From positions 1-44,022 of the forward strand of contig JACQEH010000025.1 in NCBI GenBank assembly GCA_016200675.1: a stretch of DNA of 44,022 nucleotides, read 5' to 3'. Of this stretch, positions 1 to 12,551 are shown one piece after another. The number at the start of each line of letters is the position of its first letter. The first letter of the stretch is position 1. The translations under genes and the position numbers were made by a program. Source of the stretch: Chloroflexota bacterium. GTDB taxonomy: Bacteria > Chloroflexota > Limnocylindria > Limnocylindrales > CSP1-4. Under the pieces are notes generated by a model that saw only the letters and a program-made list of their open reading frames with translations, did not search any database and was not told the DNA's origin.

Positions 1-555
1 CGGGAGGGCCGAGCCGGCCCAGATCTGGCCGTGGGGATGGGGGTTCGAGGCGCCCATGATCTGGCCGCGGTTCTCGAAGACCTGGACCCATCGGTAGCGT
101 TCGCCGAGCTCGGCCGTCTCGGCGGCCCAGACGTCGACGACCCGCTGCACGTCGGCGACGGCCATGCGGGCCAGGGTCAGGTCGTGGCGGGGGCTGAAGC
201 AGATGACGTGGCAGGCACCCTCCTCGCCCTCGGCCAGGAGCAGCCCGTCGGAGATGCGTTCGGTCGGCGTGCCGGGACGAAGGGCCGAGAAGTCGTTGGT
301 GAAGATGAAGGTCGACGCATACGGCGGGTTGCTCTCGCCGTTGGCCCGGACGTTGCCGGGGCACAGGTAGCAGCCCGGGTCATATGCGCGGAGCGAGTCG
401 CTGCCGGACGTCTCTCGCCGTCCCTGCCACGGCCGCCTCGTCCGACCGGCCGAGACGAGGATCCACTCGTCGAGCAGCGGGTTGTAGCGGCGATGTGGCT
501 CCATGCCCAGGCGTGCGAGGCCGGCCTCGGCGCGGGCGCTCCCGGTGGCGGTCAT
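1..555 (-). CDS. galT: galactose-1-phosphate uridylyltransferase, N-terminal ~185 aa (3' end lies beyond the left window edge)
   Basis: The reverse frame is open to position 1, so it is absent from the ORF track. My translation reads [103 protein letters not shown]. This matches class-I GalT, including the CxxC zinc site and the HPHGQ active site. An alternative start is ATG 504 (MEPHRRYNP). Confidence 0.9.
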   Translation of the reverse strand, partial: MTATGSARAEAGLARLGMEPHRRYNPLLDEWILVSAGRTRRPWQGRRETSGSDSLRAYDPGCYLCPGNVRANGESNPPYASTFIFTNDFSALRPGTPTERISDGLLLAEGEEGACHVICFSPRHDLTLARMAVADVQRVVDVWAAETAELGERYRWVQVFENRGQIMGASNPHPHGQIWAGSALP

Positions 556-1345
556 GCCGGCGCGGCGTGCGACCGGGGCGCACTCGTGGCTGCCCCGGCG
601 GTCGGCAGCGCCTCGGATCGCTGGAGCGCGGCGGGGTCGACGACGCGGTGATGAGGACGTCCGCCTGGTCGAGGCGGGCGATGGAGCTGATCCCGATCAC
701 GCCCCACTTCGTGTGGTCGGCCAGCACCGCGAGGCGCCGGCCGGACTCGACGAGCGCCTGGTTGGTCTCCGCCTCCAGGAGGTTGGGGGTGGTGAAGCCC
801 GAGTGGGGGTCCATGCCGTGGACGCCCATGAACACGAGGTCGACGTGGATCGTGCGGAGGGCCGAGACGGCGAAGGGGCCGACCAGGGCGTCGCTCGGCG
901 TCCGGACGCCGCCGGTGACGATGATCGTCTGGTCCGGGCGGCCCAGGCGGTAGAGCACGTCGGCAACGGGCACCGAGTTCGTGACGATCGTGATGCCCTC
1001 GATGTCGACGAGGCGCCGGGCGAGGGCGTACGTGGTGGTGCCGGCGGAGAGGGCGATGGCCATGCCGGGTGCCACCAGCTCGGCGGCGGCGGCGGCGATC
1101 GCCGCCTTCTCGCTCAGCTCGAGCTCGGACTTGACCACGAACCCGGGCTCGAACAGGGAGCTCCCCGAGGAGGCCGTGGCGCCGCCATGGACCTTCTCGA
1201 GGAGACCCTGCTGGTGGAGGAGCTCCAGGTCCCGCCGGACGGTCATGTCCGACACGCGAAGGTCGCGGGCCAGCTCGGCTACGCGTACGGCACCATCTTC
1301 CCGGACCCGGTCCAGGATGTAGGTCTGGCGTTGACGCGCGAGCAT
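380..1345 (-). CDS. DeoR-family transcriptional regulator (N-terminal HTH plus sugar-phosphate binding domain); the C-terminus appears frameshifted
   Basis: From ATG 1345 the product reads [56 protein letters not shown].., then ..[35 protein letters not shown]. The intact frame then runs into an ~85-aa Arg/Pro-rich tail that overlaps galT by 176 nt. This is atypical; see the finding on 552-660. Confidence 0.85.
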   Translation of the reverse strand: MLARQRQTYILDRVREDGAVRVAELARDLRVSDMTVRRDLELLHQQGLLEKVHGGATASSGSSLFEPGFVVKSELELSEKAAIAAAAAELVAPGMAIALSAGTTTYALARRLVDIEGITIVTNSVPVADVLYRLGRPDQTIIVTGGVRTPSDALVGPFAVSALRTIHVDLVFMGVHGMDPHSGFTTPNLLEAETNQALVESGRRLAVLADHTKWGVIGISSIARLDQADVLITASSTPPRSSDPRRCRPPGQPRVRPGRTPRRHDRHRERPRRGRPRTPGHGATSPLQPAARRVDPRLGRSDEAAVAGTARDVRQRLAPRI

Positions 1346-1461
1346 GAGACTGGCCGCTCCCCTCTGGCCGGCGATCGCTGGCCCCAAGAGGTTCGCGCAG
1401 GAGCGCCCAAAAGTCAACGTCGCCGGATGTCCACATTCACCAGCAATCAGCTCGATCGACC

Positions 1462-1490
1462 TTGACACGGCGAGGCGTGGTGTCCACACT
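1462..1490 (+). promoter_or_regulatory. candidate sigma70-type promoter of the sugar ABC operon (TTGACA-N17-CACACT)
   Basis: A perfect -35 TTGACA lies at 1462-1467. After a 17-nt spacer comes a weak -10 CACACT at 1485-1490, about 70 nt upstream of ATG 1558. A TGTCCACA box (1481-1488) overlaps the -10. Confidence 0.3.
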
Positions 1491-1503
1491 TGCGTGAGGT
1501 CAT

Positions 1504-1525
1504 GTCGGTTTTTGTGCGAACCGAC
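1504..1525 (+). promoter_or_regulatory. hairpin/palindrome GTCGGTT-N8-AACCGAC in the leader of the binding-protein gene
   Basis: A perfect 7-bp inverted repeat (1504-1510 / 1519-1525) with a T-rich loop. It sits in a locally AT-richer patch between the putative promoter and the RBS GGAGGAG (1542-1548). Confidence 0.3.
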
Positions 1526-1557
1526 ACCATGCGACCTTGTTGGAGGAGAGCCCCTCG

Positions 1558-2943
1558 ATGGTACACACCAGATGGCCGGGCGACCCTCGGGAGACGGCGG
1601 CCGCGCGGACCCCGCGCCGAACGTCGGGCCCGCGGGTCCTAGCCCTTGGTTCCGCCCTGTTGATCATTGCCGCCGCATGCGGAGGCGGCGCATCGCCCGC
1701 CCCGACGACGGCCCCCAGCACCGCCGCGAGCGCTGCTCCGAGCTCGGCCGCCTCCGCGGCCGCCCGCGGCGACGTGACGGTCGGCTCGAACTACTCGGAC
1801 AAGGTCCCGAAGGACGCCTTCGCGTCGATGCTCAGCTACTGCGCCACGCAGACGGGCGTCACCCCGAAGGTGAACACCGTCGAGCACGGCGCCTTCCAGG
1901 ACAGCATCAACTCGTACCTCCAGGGCACGCCGGATGACGTGTTCACCTGGTTCGCCGGCTATCGGATGCAGTTCTTCGCCGGCCAGGGCCTCTCGACGGA
2001 CATCTCCGATGTCTGGGCGAAGGTCGGGAGCAACTACTCCGACGCCTTCAAGAAGGCGTCGACCGGGGCCGACGGGAAGCAGTACTTCATCCCGATGTAC
2101 AACTACCCGTGGGTCATCATCTACCGCAAGAGCCTGTTCACGGAGAAGGGCTACACCATCCCCAAGACGTGGGCGGACTTCAAGACCCTGGCGGCCAAGA
2201 TCCAGGCAGACAAGATCGTCCCGCTCGCCTTCGCCGACAAGGACGGCTGGCCGGCGATGGGCACCTTCGACATCCTCAACATGCGCCAGAATGGGTACCA
2301 GTTCCATGTCGACCTGATGGCCGGCAAGGTGAAGTGGACCGACCCCAAGGTCAAGGATGTCTTCAACCTCTGGAAGGAACTGCTGCCCTTCACCCAGCCG
2401 AACGCCCTCGGGCGGACGTGGCAGGAAGGCGCGCAGTCGATGATCAAGAAAGAAGCCGCGATGTACTTCCTGGGGACCTTCGCGGGTGAGCAGGCCACCG
2501 ATCCGGCCATCCACGACGACCTCGGCTTCTTCGCCTTCCCCGTCCTCGGCAACACGTGGGACAGCGAGAACGCGATCGACGCGCCGATCGACGGGCTGAT
2601 GCTCAGCAAGTCGCCCAAGAACGTCGCCGGCGCCAAGGCCCTCCTCGAGTGCGTCGGCACGGGCCCCGCCCAGCTGGCGTTCCTCAAGACCAGCCCGAAC
2701 AACGTTGCGGCGGCCAAGAACGCCGACACCAGCAGCTACACCCCGTTCCAGAAGAGCATGGCCGACATCATCGGCAAGTCCGGTGCGATCGCCCAGTTCC
2801 TCGACCGGGACACCCGGCCGGACTTCGCCGGTCCCAACGGCATGCAGGGCTTCCTCCAGACGTTCCTGAATGACCCGAAGCAGAATCTGGACACCTTCCT
2901 CGGGAAGATCCAGTCGTTCTACGACTCACTGCCGAAGCAGTAG
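1558..2943 (+). CDS. sugar ABC transporter substrate-binding lipoprotein (family 1 solute-binding protein)
   Basis: RBS GGAGGAG lies 9 nt upstream of ATG 1558. A Tat/Sec-like signal carries the lipobox LIIAAA|CGGG. The body (YFIPMYNYPWVIIYRK, DGWPAMGTFD, MYFLGTFA) is typical of CUT1 sugar-binding proteins. The track start at 1537 is a TTG upstream of the RBS. Confidence 0.9.
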   Translation: MVHTRWPGDPRETAAARTPRRTSGPRVLALGSALLIIAAACGGGASPAPTTAPSTAASAAPSSAASAAARGDVTVGSNYSDKVPKDAFASMLSYCATQTGVTPKVNTVEHGAFQDSINSYLQGTPDDVFTWFAGYRMQFFAGQGLSTDISDVWAKVGSNYSDAFKKASTGADGKQYFIPMYNYPWVIIYRKSLFTEKGYTIPKTWADFKTLAAKIQADKIVPLAFADKDGWPAMGTFDILNMRQNGYQFHVDLMAGKVKWTDPKVKDVFNLWKELLPFTQPNALGRTWQEGAQSMIKKEAAMYFLGTFAGEQATDPAIHDDLGFFAFPVLGNTWDSENAIDAPIDGLMLSKSPKNVAGAKALLECVGTGPAQLAFLKTSPNNVAAAKNADTSSYTPFQKSMADIIGKSGAIAQFLDRDTRPDFAGPNGMQGFLQTFLNDPKQNLDTFLGKIQSFYDSLPKQ

Positions 2944-2965
2944 CACCTTGTAGCGAGCGAGACCC

Positions 2966-3967
2966 GTGACTGATTCCGTCAATCGCGGGCTGAACGACCC
3001 GGCGGCGCCCACGCGCCGCCGGGTCGGCTCCCAGGTCGAGGGACCTGGTGCGCTGCAGGCGGCTCCGAAGCGCAAGCGCTTCAGCCTCCTGACCCGGCGC
3101 GACAAGATCGTCCTCGGACTCATGGTCGGGATCCCGACCTCCATCCACCTCTTCTTCATCTGGCTGCCCACGGTCGCCTCGGCCGTCCTGAGCTTCACCT
3201 CGTGGAACGGCATCGGCCTGGACAAGATCAAGTTCATCGGACTCAAGAACTACGCCGACCTGTTCGGCGGCGTCTACCCACCCTTCTGGCCGGCGATCCA
3301 GCACAACGTCATCTGGCTCGCCGTGTTCATGTTCATTGCCACGCCCCTGGGCATGTTCCTCGCCGTCCTGCTGGACAAGGAGATCCGGGGCACCCGCGTC
3401 TACCAGAGCGCGATCTACCTGCCCGTCGTCCTGTCCCTGGCGATCGTCGGCTTCATCTGGCAGCTCATCTACTCGCCCGATGAGGGCTTCATCAACAGCA
3501 TCCTCGGCACGGCCGGGACGCCCCAGGCCATCGACTGGATCGGCAACCGGAACCTGAACCTGTGGGCCATCCTCGTGGCGGCGAGCTGGCGCCACGTCGG
3601 CTACATCATGGTCCTCTACCTGGCCGGCCTGAAAAGCGTCGACCCGGGCCTCCGCGAGGCCGCCTCGATCGACGGGGCCGGCGAGCGCCAGACCTTCTTC
3701 CAGGTGGTCTTCCCCGTCCTGCGACCGATCAACATCGTGGTCATCGTGATCACGGTCATCGAGTCGCTGCGGGCGTTCGACCTCGTCTACATCACGAACC
3801 GCGGCCTCAACGGCCTGGAGATCCTGTCCGTGCTGGTGACCAACAACATCATCGGCGAGGCCAGCCGGGTCGGCTTCGGATCGGCCCTGGCGGTGATCCT
3901 CCTGGTGGTCTCGGTCGGCCCGATCATCGTCTACCTCACCCGCTCGATCAAGGCGGAGACGGAATGA
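2966..3967 (+). CDS. sugar ABC transporter permease (MalF/UgpA-like, CUT1)
   Basis: A 333-aa multi-TM protein with the EAA-loop region LREAASIDGAGERQTFFQVVFPVLRP. It has a GTG start and its stop overlaps the next start (ATGA at 3964-3967). Confidence 0.9.
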   Translation: MTDSVNRGLNDPAAPTRRRVGSQVEGPGALQAAPKRKRFSLLTRRDKIVLGLMVGIPTSIHLFFIWLPTVASAVLSFTSWNGIGLDKIKFIGLKNYADLFGGVYPPFWPAIQHNVIWLAVFMFIATPLGMFLAVLLDKEIRGTRVYQSAIYLPVVLSLAIVGFIWQLIYSPDEGFINSILGTAGTPQAIDWIGNRNLNLWAILVAASWRHVGYIMVLYLAGLKSVDPGLREAASIDGAGERQTFFQVVFPVLRPINIVVIVITVIESLRAFDLVYITNRGLNGLEILSVLVTNNIIGEASRVGFGSALAVILLVVSVGPIIVYLTRSIKAETE

Positions 3968-4878
3968 CGACCCCGGCCGCGACAACCACGGGGACCACGC
4001 CGCTGGCCGTCACCGGCCGCAGGAAGCGCCGTCCGGGCCGCTGGCTGCTCCACGCCTTCCTGATCACGACGAGCCTGATCTGGCTGTCGCCCATCCTGTG
4101 GGCGCTCTATACGGCCCTCCGTCCCTACGGCGATACGGCCAAGTACGGCTACGTCTCGATCGGAGGCTCCTACGGCCTCCAGAACTTCATCACCGCCTGG
4201 AACCGGGTCGAAATCCCGAAGTTCTTCCTGAACACGATGATCGTGGTCGTTCCGGCCGTGATCCTGACCCTGCTGCTGGCGTCGATGGTCGCCTTCGCGG
4301 TGTCGCGCTACAGCTGGCGCTTCAACCTGCTCCTGCTGATGCTGTTCACGGCCGGCAACCTCCTCCCGCAGCAGGTCGTGATCACCCCGCTCTATCGCAT
4401 GTACCTCGCCCTGCCGTTGCCCCGGCTCGTGAGCGACAACGGCGTCTTCTACGACCAGTACGTCGGGATCATCGCCATCCATGTCGCCTTCCAGCTGGGG
4501 TTCTGCACCTTCGTCCTGAGCAACTACATGAAGACGCTGCCGAAGGAGCTGAACGAGGCCGCCGTCGTCGATGGAGCGGGTGTCTTCCGGACATTCTGGG
4601 AGGTCATCCTGCCGCTCTGCCGGCCGCCGCTGGCAGCACTCGCGACGCTCCAGTTCACCTGGATCTACAACGACTTCTTCTGGGCCCTCGTGCTCATGTT
4701 CACCGGCGACAAGCGCCCCATCACCTCTGCCCTGAACGGGCTGAAGGGACAGTTCTTCACCGACAACAACCTCGTGGCGGCGGGGTCGATCATCGTGGCC
4801 CTGCCGACGCTGATCGTCTTCTTCGTCCTCCAGAAACAGTTCATCCGCGGCCTGACCCTCGGCTCGACCAAGGGCTGA
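3964..4878 (+). CDS. sugar ABC transporter permease (MalG/UgpE-like, CUT1)
   Basis: An in-frame ATG at 3964 gives MTTPAATTTG..RRKRRPGRWLLHAFLITTSLIWLSPILWALYTAL. The EAA loop reads LNEAAVVDGAGVFRTFWEVILPLCRP. The upstream part of the 3562 ORF is a GC shadow over the preceding gene. Confidence 0.9.
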   Translation: MTTPAATTTGTTPLAVTGRRKRRPGRWLLHAFLITTSLIWLSPILWALYTALRPYGDTAKYGYVSIGGSYGLQNFITAWNRVEIPKFFLNTMIVVVPAVILTLLLASMVAFAVSRYSWRFNLLLLMLFTAGNLLPQQVVITPLYRMYLALPLPRLVSDNGVFYDQYVGIIAIHVAFQLGFCTFVLSNYMKTLPKELNEAAVVDGAGVFRTFWEVILPLCRPPLAALATLQFTWIYNDFFWALVLMFTGDKRPITSALNGLKGQFFTDNNLVAAGSIIVALPTLIVFFVLQKQFIRGLTLGSTKG

Positions 4879-7952
<3,074 letters not shown>

Positions 7953-7953
<1 letters not shown>

Positions 7954-10160
7954 TGCCGATCACCTGGCGCGACGCCGATCGCGAATTGCACCTCCACAAC
8001 GGCCTGCTGAGCCTCGTCCTCCGCGTCCACGAGAACGGCTGGCTGGGCCAGCTCCATGCGGGCGCGCCGCTCGACCCCGGACGGAGCTACGCGCACCTCG
8101 CCGCGCTCCCGTTCACGGGCTTCTCGAACCGCCTGGACGACCCGCTCGGCTTCGCCGTCCCGACCGCGGGCAGCGGCGACTTCCGGATCCCGGCGCTCGT
8201 CGTCGAGGGGCCCGATGGCGCGACCGTGCTGGACCTCGCCTACGTGGCCCATCGGATCGCTCCTGGCAAGCCGGCCCTGGACGGCCTGCCGTCGACGTAC
8301 GTGGAAGGGCCGGACGAGGCCACGACCGTCGAGGTCGACCTCAGGGACGGGCCGACCGCCCTGACCGTCACCCTCGTCCTGACGATCTTCGAGGGCCGGG
8401 CCGCCATCGCCCGGTCGATGCGACTGGCCAACCACGGACGCGACCGGCTGGTGATCCGGACCGCGATGAGCGCAAGCCTGGACCTCCCCGCCGGCGAGTG
8501 GGACGTCCTCACCTTCAGCGGCGCCTGGGCCCGGGAGCGGCATCCCTACCGTTCGCCCCTCGTCCCGGGCCGCCGGTCGGTCGGCAGCCTGCGTGGCGCC
8601 TCGGGCCACCAGCAGGATCCGTCGATCTTCCTCGTCCGCCCCGAGACGACCGAGGAGCACGGGGAGGGGTTCGCCGTCTCGCTCGTCTACTCGGGCAACT
8701 TCCTGGCCGAGGCGGAGCTCGGCGCCCGGGGCGCCACGCGGGCCCGGATCGGCCTGCCGTCCGAGGGCTTCGCCTGGACGTTGCTGCCGGGGGCCACCTT
8801 CACGACCCCCGAGGCGGTGATGGCGTGGTCGAACGAGGGGCTCGGCGGCCTGTCCGACACCCTCCACGACCTCTACCGGGAGCGCCTGGCCCGCGGCAGG
8901 TGGCGGGATCGACCGCGACCCGTGCTGCTCAACAGCTGGGAGGGCGTCTACTACGACTTCGATCACGACCGTCTCCTCGAGATGGCGCGTGCCGCCGCCG
9001 ACCTCGGCGTGGAGCTGTTCGTCCTGGACGACGGCTGGTTCGGCGAGCGCGACAGCGACACGACCTCGCTCGGCGACTGGATCGTCGACCATCGCAAGCT
9101 CCCCGACGGCCTGGGCCGGCTCGCCGCGGATATGGAGGGGCTCGGCCTCTCGCTCGGCCTGTGGATCGAACCCGAGATGGTCAGTCCAGTGAGCCGCCTC
9201 TTTGCCGAGCATCCTGACTGGGCCATCGGCGTACCAGGCCGGGCCCGGACGGAGAGCCGGCAGCAGCTGGTCCTGGACCTCTCGCGACCGGAGGTGGTCG
9301 ACCACCTCGAAGGGGCGTTCGCCGAGATCCTCGCGAACGCCTCGGTCCGGTACGTCAAATGGGACATGAACCGGAACATCACGGAGCCGTACGGCGCGAC
9401 GCTCCCGCCCGATCGACAGGGCGAGTTCTTCCATCGCTACATGCTCGGGACCTACGAGCTCTGGCGGCGCCTGACGACGCGCTTCCCCGAGATCCTGTTC
9501 GAGTCGTGCGCCGGTGGCGGCGGCCGGTTCGACCCCGGCATGCTGGCGTACGCGCCACAGGGCTGGACGAGCGACGACACCGATGCGATCGAGCGACTGG
9601 CGATCCAGTGGGGCACCTCGCATGTCTACCCCCTGAGCTCGATGGCCGCCCACGTGTCGGCCGTCCCGAACCACCAGGTGGGGCGGGTCACGCCCCTCGC
9701 AACCCGCGCGGCGGTTGCCTTCTTCGGCCTCTTCGGCTACGAGCTGGACCCCCGGCACCTCTCCGCCGACGAGCGCGCGGAGATCCGCGACCAGATCGCG
9801 TTCTACCGCCGCCATCGCGAGCTCTTCCAGCGCGGTCGGTTCGTTCGCCTCCGGGCGCCGTTCGGTCGGGACGACGCCGCATGGATGGTGGTCGCATCCG
9901 ACCGCCGGTCGGCGATCGTGGCCCGCATCCGGATCCTGGATCGTCCCGTGCGCGTGACCGATCGACTGCAGCTTCGGGGGCTCGATCCGGGGCTCTCCTA
10001 CGCCGTGGAGACCTGGCCGGCCCCGAGTCCGGGCGGCAGGGTCAGGCGCGGTGGCGACCTGCTGCAGTCGGTCGGCCTCGGCCTCGAGCCGTCCGACCCG
10101 CCGGAGCAGGCCCCGCGGGGCGACTTCCGGGCCTGGATCTGGGTCCTGACGGCCGAGTGA
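7953..10160 (+). CDS. aga: alpha-galactosidase, glycoside hydrolase family 36
   Basis: ATG 7953 overlaps the lacZ stop (TGATG). The product starts MPITWRDADRELHLHNGLLSLVLRV... GH36 motifs are present: LFVLDDGWFGERD, YVKWDMNR, ESCAGGGGRFD and GWTSDDTDAIERL. Confidence 0.9.
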
Positions 10161-10172
10161 TCGGCCGCCCGG

Positions 10173-10216
10173 CGCGGGCCCCACGAGCGCGTCCGGCGCC
10201 CGTGTCAGGGCCCGCG
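10173..10216. terminator. long GC hairpin between convergent aga and galK (possible bidirectional terminator)
   Basis: CGCGGGCCC (10173-10181) pairs with GGGCCCGCG (10208-10216). Inner pairs are CACG/CGTG and GCGC/GCGC. There is no U-tract, which is common in high-GC genomes. Confidence 0.35.
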
Positions 10217-10230
10217 GTCGCCGATCGAGA

Positions 10231-11409
10231 TCAGGGCGGCGGCCAGGCGATCCCGGCCCCGTCCGCCGCGTCGACGACGTAGACACTCGCCTCGAAGCCC
10301 GTCCGCGCCTCGTAGGATCGAGCGAGGGCCCGGCGGAGCTCGTCCGATCGGCCGCGCTCGACGAGGTTCACGGTGCAGCCCCCGAAGCCGGCACCAGTGA
10401 GGCGGGCGGCGACGACACCCGGGGTCGCCATCGCGATCTCGACCAGCGTGTCAAGGGCCACCGACGAGACCTCGAACTGGTCGCGCAGCGAGGCATGCGA
10501 AGCGGCGAAGATCCGCCGCAGGCCCTCCAGGTCGCCGGTCTCGAGGGCTGTCTCGGTCGCCATCACCCGGTCGTTCTCGGTGACGATGTGGAGGGCCCGG
10601 GCATAGGCGACCTCGTCGAGGCGGGCGCGGTGGCGCTCGAGCATGCCCAGGTCGACGTCGCGAAGCGCCTCGACACCCGGCTCGCGGGCCGCGATCTCCC
10701 TGGCGGCGCGGAAACACTCGGCTCGCCGGTCGTTGTAGGCCGAGGTCTGGAGGCGCCGAGGAGTCCCCGAATGGCAGACCACGATTTCCAGGTCCGTCGG
10801 GATCGGCACGGGCCGCCAGGCGAGCGTCCGGCAGTCGAGGTGGAGGGCCATGCCGGCCCGGCCCATCGCCACCGCGAACTGGTCCATGACCCCCGACATC
10901 ACGCCGACATAGGCGTTCTCGGCCCGCTGGGCGGTCCGGACCAGGGTCATCGGCGCGAGGGAGGGGCCGTCGGGACCCGAGAGGGCCCAGGCAACGGCGA
11001 GCTCGATGGCGGCCGACGACGAGAGCCCGGCACCCGTCGGGATCGTCGACCGCAGCAGGCCCCGGAAGCCGGCGATCGAGGACTCGGCCTCTGCCAGGGC
11101 CCAGGCCGTGCCCGCGACGTAGTCCAGACAGGTCCCCTGCCGCGGGCCGATGGCATCGAGATCGACGATGCCGTGCTCGCCGGTCGCCGCGAGCTCGAGG
11201 TCGACGATGCGGTCGGAGGCGGCGACGCAGGCGATCTCGAGGGCCAGGTTGATCGCGGCCGGCAGGGCGAAGCCGTCGTTGTAGTCGGTGTGGTCGCCCA
11301 TGAGGTTGACCCGGGCGGGCGCGCGGACGACTCGGACCTCGGACCGCTCGAAGCCGGCGCCGGAACGGGCGGCCAGGAGGGCGTCGACGAGCGCTTCCGG
11401 TTCATCCAT
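10231..11409 (-). CDS. galK: galactokinase (GHMP kinase)
   Basis: Motifs APARVNLMGDHTDYNDGFALP (the GalK signature) and IPTGAGLSSSAA (GHMP motif II) are present. ATG is at 11409, with GTG 11412 one codon upstream. Confidence 0.93.
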   Translation of the reverse strand: MDEPEALVDALLAARSGAGFERSEVRVVRAPARVNLMGDHTDYNDGFALPAAINLALEIACVAASDRIVDLELAATGEHGIVDLDAIGPRQGTCLDYVAGTAWALAEAESSIAGFRGLLRSTIPTGAGLSSSAAIELAVAWALSGPDGPSLAPMTLVRTAQRAENAYVGVMSGVMDQFAVAMGRAGMALHLDCRTLAWRPVPIPTDLEIVVCHSGTPRRLQTSAYNDRRAECFRAAREIAAREPGVEALRDVDLGMLERHRARLDEVAYARALHIVTENDRVMATETALETGDLEGLRRIFAASHASLRDQFEVSSVALDTLVEIAMATPGVVAARLTGAGFGGCTVNLVERGRSDELRRALARSYEARTGFEASVYVVDAADGAGIAWPPP

Positions 11410-11542
11410 CACTCACCGGGATCGTAGCCGAGTGCCGGAGGTCTCGAGCCCCATGCCGTGCCCGGCCCCTGGGCCGCCTCGACACGGCACGAGTGGTCGC
11501 CAGTTGGCCCATCCGACTAGGCCAACCCGCTATCATGCGCCG

Positions 11543-12493
11543 ATGATCAGCCGTCCCACGCGCGTCGACTGGCTCCTCCTGCTGGCCCTCGGCTTCATGT
11601 GGGGCACGAGCTACGTCTTCATCAAGATCGGCGTCCAGACGCTGCCGACCTTCACCCTCATCGCCACGCGGCTGGGCATCGGCCTCGCCGTCCTGGCGAC
11701 GGTCGTCATCGCCGCCCGCGAACCGCTGCCGCGGAATCCGCGGATCTACGGCCACCTCCTGGTCATGGCCACCATCAACATCGTCCTGCCGTTCACGCTC
11801 ATCACGACGGCCGAGCGCTCGGTCGACTCGGCGCTGGCCGCGATCCTCAACGGCGCGGTGCCGCTCTTCGTGATCGTCTTCGCGGCCTTCTTCCTCCACG
11901 ACGAGCCGATCACGGTCAACCGCCTCGCCGGCCTCGGGATCGGCTATGCGGGCGTGATCATCCTGGTCAGTCGCAGCCTGGGAGCGGGCCTGTCGCAGAG
12001 CAGCCTCGAGGGCGAGCTCGCCCTCATCGGCTCGACGGCCCTCTACGGGGCCGGCGCCGTGTATGCCCGGCGGAACGTGCGCGGCCTGCGGCCGATGATC
12101 CCGGCCCTCTTCCAGGTCATGTTCGCCTTCGTGATCGTGACGGTCCTGGCTGTGCTCCTCGAGCATCCCTGGACGGTCCGCTGGAACGTCGACGCCATCG
12201 GCTCCGTGATCTGGCTCGGCGTCCTCGGGTCGGGCCTGGCCTACCTGGCGAACTTCCGGCTCCTGTCCCGAATCGGCGCGACGCGGACGTCGCTGGTGGC
12301 CTACCTCCTGCCCGTCGTCGGGATCATCGCCGGCGCGATCGTCTTCAACGAGACGGTCGACGGGCGGGTTGCGGCCGGGACCGCCCTGGTCATCGGTGGC
12401 GTCGCGCTCGTCAACAGCCGCTACGGGCAGCGTCGCCTGTTCGGGCGGGCATCCGCGGGAGTCGAGGCGCCCCGGACGACCGCGGAGCGCTGA
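11543..12493 (+). CDS. EamA/DMT-family transporter (10-TM drug/metabolite transporter)
   Basis: From ATG 11543 the product reads MISRPTRVDWLLLLALGFMWGTSYVFIKIG... Two EamA-like halves are visible, and the protein is 316 aa and hydrophobic throughout. Confidence 0.85.
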   Translation: MISRPTRVDWLLLLALGFMWGTSYVFIKIGVQTLPTFTLIATRLGIGLAVLATVVIAAREPLPRNPRIYGHLLVMATINIVLPFTLITTAERSVDSALAAILNGAVPLFVIVFAAFFLHDEPITVNRLAGLGIGYAGVIILVSRSLGAGLSQSSLEGELALIGSTALYGAGAVYARRNVRGLRPMIPALFQVMFAFVIVTVLAVLLEHPWTVRWNVDAIGSVIWLGVLGSGLAYLANFRLLSRIGATRTSLVAYLLPVVGIIAGAIVFNETVDGRVAAGTALVIGGVALVNSRYGQRRLFGRASAGVEAPRTTAER

Positions 12494-12494
12494 G

Positions 12495-12514
12495 GGCCGG
12501 GTCGTCGACCGGCC
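12495..12514. terminator. short GC hairpin GGCCGG-N8-CCGGCC between convergent EamA genes
   Basis: A perfect 6-bp inverted repeat directly after the stop at 12493. There is no U-tract. Confidence 0.25.
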
Positions 12515-12551
12515 GCGCCACGGGTCGTTCGGCGCGCCGGTCCCCGGCCGG

